A stretch of 64,000 bases of DNA, taken from the NCBI GenBank assembly GCA_016748015.1, contig JAAOMT010000699.1, positions 124,001 through 188,000 of the forward strand, read 5' to 3'. Source of the DNA: Geosiphon pyriformis uo1. Lineage: Eukaryota > Fungi > Glomeromycota. Below the pieces are notes generated by a model. The model worked only from the letters and a program-made list of their open reading frames with translations, was not told the origin of the DNA and searched no databases. Both the position numbers and the translations under genes were made by a program. Shown piece after piece: positions 1 through 10,203 of this stretch. Numbering within the stretch: the stretch's first letter is position 1; every line of letters begins with the position of its first letter.

Positions 1-2260
1 AACTTACCAACAACTTTACTAAAAGAATCCAAATATACCATAACTTTATTGATCTTAAGGCCAAGTTTACTGCTTAAAACCAAATTTTTATTAATAAATT
101 GTTCAAACAATTTGACCAAAAAACCAATTGGTTTTACAATAAACTCAACCAAAACAGAAAGCTTGACCAAATCAGACTTCACAGAAGCCAACCAAGAAGA
201 CATTATGAGATTACCAACAATCATAAAAGGAGAAATAGAAGCTGTCAGAGGAGGAAACTCAAAAGAATTCAAGGAAGCAGAGGCTTTTGTGTAAGAAACA
301 CCACTCACAAAATGTGTTTTAAACACCTTGAGAGCCTTGAGAAGAGGAGGTAGAAAAACTTTGCAGTCTATAGCCAAATGACCTACTTTTTAACACCTAA
401 AACAGTGCTGACAACCAAAAGTTTCCCACCAAATATGGCATTTTCTTAAGATACCAGTTTTGACAACTGCAGAATCCAAATCAACTTGAAAACCAAATAT
501 AATTAGAACAAACTGGGAACAATAACCAGAATCAAGCAAACAAGGAATGAAACAAGTTTAGCCACCAACTTGGAAAATCATATCACTAATCTCAAAGGCA
601 ATACAACCAGAAAAAAGATTGACCAACTTGGTTTTAAACTGATTACAAAACAAAATTGTTTTATTTTGATTGATAAGAAGAAGAATATAAACACTATTTT
701 TGCTTACCAAAATTAACCAGTGAGTAAGAGCAGAGACAATAGTATTCAATTCTATAAAATAAACAATCACATATTGCCAAACACCAGCAGGCTTCAGCAT
801 GACATGAGAAACTTCACCAAAAACCCCAAGAGCTGACTTAATATCAGCAGCAAACATATTCAAAGACATATTACACAATACAACAGCAGCAGAAGAAAAA
901 CCAGACTCAAAAACCACTAAGGACTTGGTAATTTTAAGAGTGCTAAGGCAAACAGAGCTTGTAAGCTCAACCAAAAATGCAGCATCCAGAGAATTTTGGA
1001 AGACAAACTCAACACAGAAGAGTTTCACATTGTCCTTAAAAACAGATTTTGCACCTAAAAAACCATATATAGACTGAAAAACAGTCTTAACATAAGCCAA
1101 TTTGATCTTGAAAGTAGCACCAAGCACCAAAGTGAAGACCACTTATCCAGCAAACTTTTAATGACTAATAATAGTTTCCCAAGTACTATTAATAGCAGCA
1201 TTAGAAACCAGAGGAGAAGATAATTCAGTTTTCATCTGGTCAGCCCAGTTTTTAAGAACAGGTAACCCAACAGAAAAAAATTGCTTTGCTTCTAAAACCA
1301 GCAATAATCTGCTGGAAGACACTACATTTGGCAATACAGCCAGTGATTGATCTTAGTCCATCTTGGATAATATGCTGAATAATACTATGAAGATTTTATC
1401 TAAGATCTTATTGGAAACCACAAAGAGGTTTAGTGTAACAATAGCAGAGGCAAGTGACTGTCCCCACTTTTTTAAACTTTTGGTTTTTTTGACTATTTTT
1501 TTTGAAAAGAAAATACTAGCAGCACTAAATGTTAAAGCTATAGAGAGGAACACCAGCTTGTTAACTAGTCTATTATTAAACACTTTTGGGTTCTTAATAG
1601 AAGTGAAGACAACACTAGAACTAACCCAAGTGTGTCTCTATAAAGAACTTTGACTGGTAAAAAACCAGCCAAAAATGAGGAAGTTGCTTTAGTAGCCACC
1701 AAAGACAGCTTTTTATGATTACTGGATAAAAGAAAGGCTTCTAAAACGTTCTGCCTAGTTACTTCTACTACAAAAAGAGCTCTTTTGGTTGAAATTTTAT
1801 TAGATATCTCAAGAAAAATATTAGATGCAGCTTTTTTACTCTTTGCTTTGGTTTTAGTGTTATCCAAGTAGAAAAACTGATTCAAAGTTATGAAGAAACA
1901 TGACCAAAATATGACATAACACAGAATAATGCACAATAACATTGAATAACATGTTATAACTTAAAATAATGCAGGATAACATATTATAACATAGGATAAC
2001 ACAGAATAATATGTAATAACACCAGATAATGTATTATAACATAGGATAACTAATAATAACATAGAAAAACAAAGCAATTACAGAAATAGCAAAGCAATAG
2101 TTAGCAATAACAGAACAATCAGAAGCAATTCTATAGAACAAAAAAAATGTATAAAATGAGTAACTGTAGAAGTTAGAAAGACATCCAGAGAGAAAATTAG
2201 ATTTTTAGGAGTCAATTAGACTCACAGGTCATAATTATTAAATACTCTTCTTTTCAAAAA
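1..2260 (-). mobile_element. Degenerate non-LTR retrotransposon (LINE), 5' UTR and ORF1 region, running off the window start
   Basis: Broken minus-strand ORFs (1565-1942, 1353-1583, 558-1142) resemble the ORF1 layout of the LINE at 3575 (N-terminal KAKSKK; GVWQYVIVYF versus ELWQKAVVEF; LVSKNSVYI versus LIEKDSVQV). Many stops, CpG-depleted. The 5' boundary is approximate. Confidence 0.6.
1905..2130. repeat. Degenerate ~10-bp periodic tandem array (ATAAC/ATAAT core) in the LINE 5' UTR
   Basis: Roughly 20 units such as acataac-acagaataat-gcacaataac-attgaataac-atgttataac. Confidence 0.7.
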
Positions 2261-2264
2261 TAGT

Positions 2265-2832
2265 TGTTATCAACTGAAATGAAATTATATCAATAAAATA
2301 TTTCTTCAATTCTTTAAATCTATGTTATTATCTATTATTTAACTTGCTAGCACAATAGTTCTTGATCACAGCTATTGACAGAACACTTATTTCTTATTTT
2401 ATTTTCTTTATTTTTTTTTATTTTTTTTTATTTTTTTTTATTTTTTATTTTTTTCTTGTGGAGTGGCAACATAAAAAAATCAACTGTTTAGGAATAGACT
2501 TCGTAATAGTTTGGTAAAAAAGAGAGGCTCTTTCTAAGTTTTGGATATTAACATTATCTTGTTAGCTTACTAGAAGGGTGAAAAGACAATACTAGACCCT
2601 AATAACTGTGCTTGTTAGCTCGGAAAAGATAGCTCACATTTTTAAAAAAGTTACAATTAGTGAAAACCAAACCTCTGTGCCTTATAACCAAAGAATTTAA
2701 CAGGTAAATTCACATCCAAAAAAGACCTTCAGAGACTGATAAACATCAATTCTATAAAAAACATATAATCTTAGAACACTAAATTAGAGCACCAAACATT
2801 ATCATCATATCTCACTAAGTTTACTTATAACA
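2265..2832 (+). mobile_element. Solo LTR (~568 bp, family D)
   Basis: Begins TGTTA and ends TAACA. Flanked by ATAGT/GTAGT (5-bp TSD with one G/A difference). Shares blocks with the LTR at ~23919-24485 (aatagttcttgatcacagctattgacagaacact versus aatagttcttaatcatgactattaatggaatact) and has about the same length. Confidence 0.6.
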
Positions 2833-2864
2833 GTAGTCATAAAAATAAGAAGACAAAAAGCTTT

Positions 2865-3470
2865 TTTATTATTATTATTATTATTTATTATTTAATTAAA
2901 TTATTAAATATTGTTATTTAATTAATAATTTAATTTATATAATACATAAAATATAATTAAATATAATAATTAAATTATACAATATTTAAATATTTAAAAA
3001 TATTTAATAATTTATTAAAATAACTTATAATTTACCAAAATATATATTTAAATTTTAAAAAGTTTATAAAATATTAACATAAAAAAAATATTAGAACATA
3101 AAATAACATTATTACAAAATATATATATAAAAAAGCTTTTTTTTTGAAAAATTTTATTAATTTATTAAGTTAATTAATTAATTATTACAAATAACAAAAT
3201 AAATTTTTATTTTAAAAACTAAATTTTTTTATAATTGCTTTAAAATTTATAATCTTAATTAATATTTTAAAATTAATTAATTATTAATTTTAATTATTTT
3301 AGACTTTCTTTTATAACATTTTTTTTATTTTTTATATTATTAAAAAATTTAACTTTTTTGCAAAGTAACTACATATTATTAATTAAAAATTTTTGTAAAA
3401 GAGTTAATTTTTACTGCAAAATAATTACACAAAGTAATTAATATAAAATTAGAAAAAACTTCTTTCTTTT
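2865..3470 (+). mobile_element. Highly AT-eroded LTR remnant of the element-B family
   Basis: Colinear similarity to the LTR at 30697-31628, e.g. caaagtaactacata...gagttaatttttactgcaaaataattacaca versus caaaataactacata...tagttaacttttactgcaaagtaactataca. Confidence 0.5.
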
Positions 3471-4076
3471 TTACCTCCAAAAATCCTCAAAGAGCACATT
3501 TTCTGTAAAAAAGAAGTTTTTTTGTTTTTTTAGTCTATATCAATATTTTTTTACCTAATATTAACCCATTTTTTGTGGATATGAAAGCTACTGCTGGTAG
3601 CACTAAATCTAAGAAGAAGACTTCTAAGAGCACTTTTTATAGTTCTGCTGGTGGCTCTTTTTTTCAAAAGAAGAAAGTTGTTCTTGGTAATGTCAAACAC
3701 TCTGATAATAAAAAGAATATATCCTTGAGCAAATCTGAATTCAGTAATAGTGTTTATTCTAATGTGGAAAGTTTATCTGGTAAGGATGAGGATGTTAGCA
3801 TGTTTGAGACAAATGGAAGGTTTTTTTTGGGCTCGGCTGCTACTACATCCAAGACAAAGCGAGTCAACACTGGTGCTGGTTTTGGTTCTCCACTTGGCTT
3901 TCCTAATTTTCATATGGATGATAATAAAGTTGTGCTCCCTCCTTACTTGTCTGTCTTCCTTGAAAAGAAGTGGATTGACCCAAAGATTATTAAAACTCCT
4001 GTGGAAGTGTTAGTTAAAAAATCATTTGCTTTGGATATTAATTTCTCAGTTGTGGAAGGAAAATCAGCAACAGTGA

Positions 4077-5003
4077 TGTTACGGGATGGTTTTCTTGTTA
4101 TATTTAATTGCTGATATCCCGCTTTAATTGCAATCAGTCTTTCGTGAGTTCCTCAATTCTATTTGTGTGATAATGTCACTATTATACTGAAGGCTTTCTT
4201 TTTACTGTTGCGATGTAAGTTATTCTTTAATTCTTGATTGTTGTGTATGTTTATGTACTCCTTCTCAGAGGCTGAACTGAAATCTACCCACTGTCTGGGG
4301 TCTTCTCTGAGGCTATCCTTGCAATTGCCTGATGTGTTTCTCTAATCTAGANNNNNNNNNNNNNNNNNNNNNNNNNNNNNNNNNNNNNNNNNNNNNNNNN
4401 NNNNNNNNNNNNNNNNNNNNNNNNNNNNNNNNNNNNNNNNNNNNNNNNNNNNNNNNNNNNNNNNNNNNNNNNNNNNNNNNNNNNNNNNNNNNNNNNNNNN
4501 NNNNNNNNNNNNNNNNNNNNNNNNNNNNNNNNNNNNNNNNNNNNNNNNNNNNNNNNNNNNNNNNGGTTTCTTAATACTTTGGGTTGTGATAGTTCAGTTT
4601 TAAATATTCTTTTTCATTTCTTTTTGATTTTAAAGGTTTCTTGGGATATTTAATTTGAAAGTATGATTTAAAGTGGAGTTTGTTGGATAAAATTGGATCT
4701 ATTGCTTGATAAGTTATGATTTTTATTACTTGATTGATTTTTTCCCAATATTAAAACTACTGTATATATACATGTTTGTAGTTCTACAAGAAAATACTTT
4801 CTTTTTGATATTTCAACCTGGTGCTTGCTGCTATCACCAGTTGGTGTTGGCTGCTATTGTGAACTGGTGCTTGCCACTATCACAAGATGGTGTTTGCTAC
4901 TATGTTAATCATTACGTTTCTAAGATTATTACTGTGCTATATTATGATTGAATAGTTTGTATTATTTTTATGATTCTTTTTGCTAAATTCTTAAATCATA
5001 ACA
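4077..5003 (-). repeat. Element A 3' LTR (contains an N gap)
   Basis: Near-identical (~97% by eye) to 9338-10203. Confidence 0.93.
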
Positions 5004-5018
5004 TTATCCTCTCCTTTC
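5004..5018 (-). promoter_or_regulatory. Polypurine tract of element A
   Basis: Minus strand GAAAGGAGAGGATAA immediately before the 3' LTR. Confidence 0.75.
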
Positions 5019-5253
5019 AAGATTGAGCTCTGTCAAAATCGAAGTTAATTTCTTTATTAAATTCTAAGTTACTATAGTGGTTCAATACTGTGTTATTAAT
5101 TTGTTGAAGTGAGTTCACAGTAGAGGGCGATTTCTGGGAAATTTAGAATTTCTTGTGGTGTTGACACGTTTTCTAGCTCTGTTCCGAGGTATCCAATGAT
5201 GGTATCTTCCGGAATGTAGACGGGTTCTTCTGTGGTGTTTGCGATAGGAATTT

Positions 5254-8200
5254 TTATCCATTGAGCTTTATCAGCTGGAATAAAAAGGTTAGTAAGTNNN
5301 NNNNNNNNNNNNNNNNNNNNNNNNNNNNNNNNNNNNNNNNNNNNNNNNNNNNNNNNNNNNNNNNNNNNNNNNNNNNNNNNNNNNNNNNNNNNNNNNNNNN
5401 NNNNNNNNNNNNNNNNNNNNNNNNNNNNNNNNNNNNNNNNNNNNNNNNNNNNNNNNNNNNNNNNNNNNNNNNNNNNNNNNNNNNNNNNNNNNNNNNNNNN
5501 NNNNNNNNNNNNNNNNNNNNNNNNNNNNNNNNNNNNNNNNNNNNNNNNNNNNNNNNNNNNNNNNNNNNNNNNNNNNNNNNNNNNNCTTTTTCCTCTATTG
5601 TTTCAGCAAAATTCACTTCAATTCCTTTTCCTGTCGATCCGAAACCAAAAGTTCCTCTCGTTGTTTGTGACAATTCCTCATGATTTTCCACTGGCACAAA
5701 TTTCCCAATTTTTACCAATGGTAGGAAAATTGCTTGTGCAATCTTTTCCTTAGATTTAATGGTATAAGGCTTTTCTGAATTGTTCTGTAGCAAAACCATC
5801 AAATTTCCAGTGTATCCGGAGTCAATTACTCCTCCTTGAATGCTTATTCCTTTTTTCGCAAGGCTTGATCGCGACGCCATTTGAACCATTATTCCTGGCG
5901 GAATTTCAACCACTAATTTTAGGTCGATTTTGGTGATGCTCCTGGGTGGTAACGTTGTGGATTGGTCTTCCAGATAACGTAGATCGAATTCGGCGTCGAT
6001 TGGATGGGCTCTTTCAGGTATTATTCCTAAGTGCCCGTTGTCGAAGTATTGGATGTCGGTCACCTGTTCTAGGTCGGTATAGGCTATAAATTTTTTTGAC
6101 TCGGGACCATCAGGTGAGTCTTGTTGATTTATTGATTGATTTTGAGACTGCTGATTCTCAATTTCCATTTTTCTTTCTAAGTCCCTTTCGTCTTGACACT
6201 CTTCACAGCACTGACTTTGGCACGGGATGAGACAGTTTTCGCAGAGGTAAGTGTTGATTTGGGCGAGGTATTGTTCTTGCTCTTGTCGAGTGGGGCATAG
6301 TTGTTGGTAGTAGTTCTGGAATTCGTCCACTGGGTCGAACATGTTGTAGCTGGCGACTTCATCGGCTACTTTGGCTGACTCTTTCCAATGTCGTATTTCT
6401 TCGGCGGTTCCTCCTCTTACTTTGGCTTGTGCGGTGTTGTACAATTCATCCTCGTCGTGTGGGTAGTGCTGTAGTCTTTTTAACGCTCTGTTGAACGCTG
6501 CTTTGAACAGCATTCCTCCTCTTACCCAGTCACAGATAAGGATCATGTATTGGCAAGTTGCGTCACACGTTCTTCCTCTGCCTGGTATGTTGTTCCAGTT
6601 ACACTCTCTTGGTAACGGTTCTCCACAAGCGAGGCACGGTTTCTCGTCCCATTTTCCGTGTCTTTTTGGGTAACCGTATTTTTCTTTGTTACAACAGTTA
6701 CNNNNNNNNNNNNNNNNNNNNGTAGGTCTTTGGTTGGCGCTGGGTTTTTTTAAGTGGCCACAGGTGGCTGGAATTTTGGCCTGGTGGCCATTATAATTGA
6801 TCAGAAGCTCTTGGGTGGTCCAGTCTAGGGTGGCATTGGCTTTTGTTAGCCAGTCATTCCCTACTAACACTTGATATTGTGTAGCATCCATTACTAATAC
6901 TTTTGTAGGTATTACTATGCCGTTAATTTCGAAAGGGAATGAGTCGATTTTGCCATAAGGCAGCTTTGTACTTCCATCGGCTGTTATGATTTGGGACGTC
7001 GCGGCACGATCAACTTTGAAACCCAGTTGGTTTACTAGTTGAAGCATTACGATGCTTCCAGCGGATCCGCTGTCTAAGATAAGTTTGATTGGGGTATTGT
7101 TTACAGTGGCTTCCGTATACATAGCAGTGATTGGGCATTTTTCGTCCAATACTGCTCCACTGAACATAGCCTCGTTTTTCTCTAATTCAAAAGGAAAAAT
7201 AGCTGCGAGGCTGCTATCTTCGGTGGCAACTACTGGTGGTATTGTCTGGCTCAATTTGGAGGAATTTTTGGTTCTGTTTATGTTTCTACCATCATTGTTT
7301 CCAATGATCAGGTTTTCCGGTATATTAAGGTAAGTTTGTTGATAATTTTGGTAGTTTGGATTGGTTTGCTGATTGGTTCCGGCGCAGTTTGGATTCCTCT
7401 GGACCAATGCGTTCTGGTTCCACATGGGCTGATTTCGGGCCTCGGGATGCCAATTCGGGTTGGCTATCATGGGCTGTTGCTGGTAAGCTCCTTGATTTTG
7501 ATACGTGGTGGGATATTGGCGTGGTATTGGCATGTACTGGTTTCTGGGCATTTGGGGTGGCGTGTAGTAATTATTTTCATGTGCTTCCTGCATCATTTGC
7601 GTTCGACATTGACTAATCAAATGTCCTATGTGTTTGTAAAAATGGCAGGTGCGTGTTTCTGTTCTGAATTCCTGGCGCGACGGGCGATTATTTCGACTGT
7701 CGCTGACTTTCTGGCTGCGTTTTTGGGGTGGTTGGTATGTATTTTTTCTCGGATCCGGAATGAGGTAACTTTCTATTTTCTTAGAGAGTTCCTCCCCTAA
7801 TCGCATTATTCTTTTCTCTAATGTTTCTGTCTTATTTTCCTCCATTACCATGTTAACCATTTGACTATAGTTAGCTTCTTTCTTAGCCGATTCAAGGGCT
7901 CTGGCGAGCATAACGGCTTCTGGTAAGGAATTAGGGTGGGCAGGGCATACTCTTCCTAAAATGCTGCTCTAATAAACTGATTTAAAACCTGAGGATCAGT
8001 GTAGTATCCTTGTTCAATCGCTTCAATCTGATGGCGAATTCGATTGAATTGAGCAAGGTATTGGGTGACAGTTTCACTGGTATTTTGCTTGATAGTATTG
8101 AATTCGTTCTGTAGTTGGATTACGGCGTTTGGGTCACTAAAATACTCCAGGAGTGCATTTTTAAATTCGGCAAAGCTCATGGGTTTTGTTTCCAGACTTT

Positions 8201-9255
8201 GATACCACGAGTCGGCTGTGCCTTTCAGGAAGAAAGGTAATGTTTAAATTGCTCTTTGGTCGTTCCAGTTATTTGCCTGGATGGCTTTTTGTGCTTCTCT
8301 GAGCCATGTGTGCACGTCTGTTTCTTCTTCCTCTCCTGAGAAATCTGTTAGTCTTGCAATGTATGGTGTGGTTATTTCGTTGCCGTTTTCTGCTGGTGGG
8401 TTTATTGGTCTAAGAGGAGGTGGGATGATATTTCCTTGAGCGTTCCTAAAGGTGGCTTCCCTTATATTCAGTTCTTCCTTTTGATCACGAGTTTCTTGGT
8501 TTCTGAACTGGCTGCTTGTTCCAGTGACTGGTCTTGTGATTGTTTTTTCGCTGGTCTCTTTTTCGGATTCTGATTCNNNNNNNNNNNNNNNNNNNNNNNN
8601 NNNNNNNNNNNNNNNNNNNNNNNNNNNNNNNNNNNNNNNNNNNNNNNNNNNNNNNNNNNNNNNNNNNNNNNNNNNNNNNNNNNNNNNNNNNNNNNNNNNN
8701 NNNNNNNNNNNNNNNNNNNNNNNNNNNNNNNNNNNNNNNNNNNNNNNNNNNNNNNNNNNNNNNNNNNNNNNNNNNNNNNNNNNNNNNNNNNNNNNNNNNN
8801 NNNNNNNNNNNNNNNNNNNNNNNNNNNNNNNNNNNNNNNNNNNNNNNNNNNNNNNNNNNNNNNNNNNNNNNNNNNNNNNNNNNNNNNNNNNNNNNNNNNN
8901 NNNNNNNNNNNNNNNNNNNNNNNNNNNNNNNNNNNNNNNNNNNNNNNNNNNNNNNNNNNNNNNNNNNNNNNNNNNNNNNNNNNNNNNNNNNNNNNNNNNN
9001 NNNNNNNNNNNNNNNNNNNNNNNNNNNNNNNNNNNNNNNNNNNNNNNNNNNNNNNNNNNNNNNNNNNNNNNNNNNNNNNNNNNNNNNTGGTTCTTCTTCC
9101 TTTCCTATATGATAATTTATTCTGGCATTGATATAATAAGTGAGGGCAGATTCTGCTGGACAACACCCTTCTGGTAATCCAAGATCACTTTGATTTTGTG
9201 TGTAAATAGCACGGCAGAATTCAAGAACAGTAAGATTAGGGGTTTTTGTCGCCAC
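5254..9255 (-). pseudogene. Element A gag-protease-Cys-rich-dUTPase polyprotein (longest open part 5254-7911)
   Basis: Retrotrans_gag-like capsid (TDFSGEEEETDVHTWL, FLKGTADSWY, IKQNTSETVTQYLAQF). Zinc knuckle with C>Y (CHFYKHIGHLISQC). Aspartic protease LILDSGSAGSIV...VLVGNDWL. dUTPase motifs (AEFDL, SRSSLA, GVIDSGYTG, IAQAI, RGTFGFGSTG). One stop and one frameshift in gag. Confidence 0.88.
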
Positions 9256-9319
9256 TTTTGTCTTTTCCTTTTTAGCAATGAATTATTGCTAATTATTATT
9301 TCCTTTTTGATTTTCTTTT

Positions 9320-9335
9320 CTTGTAGGGTTTACCA
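9320..9335 (-). promoter_or_regulatory. Putative primer-binding site of element A
   Basis: Minus strand: LTR end ...GTAACA, TT spacer, then TGGTAAACCCTACAAG. Confidence 0.6.
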
Positions 9336-9337
9336 AA

Positions 9338-10203
9338 TGTTACGGGATGGTTTTCTTGTTATATTTAATTGCTGATATCCCGCTTTAATTGCAATCAGTC
9401 TTTCGTGAGTTCCTCAATTCTATTTGTGTGATAATGTCACTGTTACACTGAAGACTTTCTTTTTACTGTTGCGATGTAAGTTATTCTTTAATTCTTGATT
9501 GTTGTGTGTGTTTATGTACTCCTTCTCAGAGGCTGAACTGAAATCTACTCACTGTCTGGGGTCTTCTCTGAGGCTATCCTTGCAATTGCCTGATGTGTTT
9601 CTCTAATTTAGAAACACAGAATGTTAATGGTCTTTAGCGCTTTTCTAATTCTCACAATAAAGCTTTTATCAATTAGTAACAACGTGAATAATCTTGATCA
9701 AGGATTATTCTTCCAAGGGATTCAGTTGATGAATGATAGTTTCATTCAATAAATAATACAAGTAAGTATCTTAATACTTTGGGTTGTGATAGTTCAGTTT
9801 TAAATATTCTTTTTCATTTCTTTTTGATTTTAAAGATTTCTTGGGATATTTAATTTGAAAATATGATTTAAAGTGAAGTTTGTTGGATAAAATTGGATCT
9901 ATTGCTTGATAAGTTATGATTTTTATTACTTGATTGATTTTTTCCCAATATTAAAACTACTGTATATATACATGTTTGTAGTTCTATGAGAAAATACTTT
10001 CTTTTTGATATTTCAACCTGGTGCTTGCTGCTATCACCAGTTGGTATTGGCTGCTATTGTGAACTGGTGCTTGCCACTATCGCGAGATGGTGTTTGCTAC
10101 TATGTTAATTATTACCTTTCTAAGATTATTACTGTGCTATATTATGATTGAATAGTTTGTATTATTTTTATGATTCTTTTTGCTAAATTCTTAAACTGTA
10201 ACA
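9338..10203 (-). repeat. Element A 5' LTR (866 bp)
   Basis: TGTTACGG...CTGTAACA inverted termini; direct repeat of 4077-5003. Confidence 0.95.

Larger units (their letters stand above)
4077..10203 (-). mobile_element. Element A: Ty3/gypsy-type LTR retrotransposon derivative (gag-PR-Cys-rich-dUTPase; no RT/RH/IN visible)
   Basis: Paired LTRs TGTTAC...(G/A)TAACA, 4-bp TSD GTGA/GCGA, PBS-like TGG 2 nt inside the 5' LTR, purine tract next to the 3' LTR. Contains four N gaps. Confidence 0.92.

Noticed and set aside
7052-7800. Plus-strand ORFs antisense to gag/protease (also 17263-18590)
   Set aside because: Shadow ORFs of Gln/Asn-rich coding sequence with no independent motifs.
4332-9177. Long ORFs consisting mostly of X
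   Set aside because: They are open only because they span N gaps.
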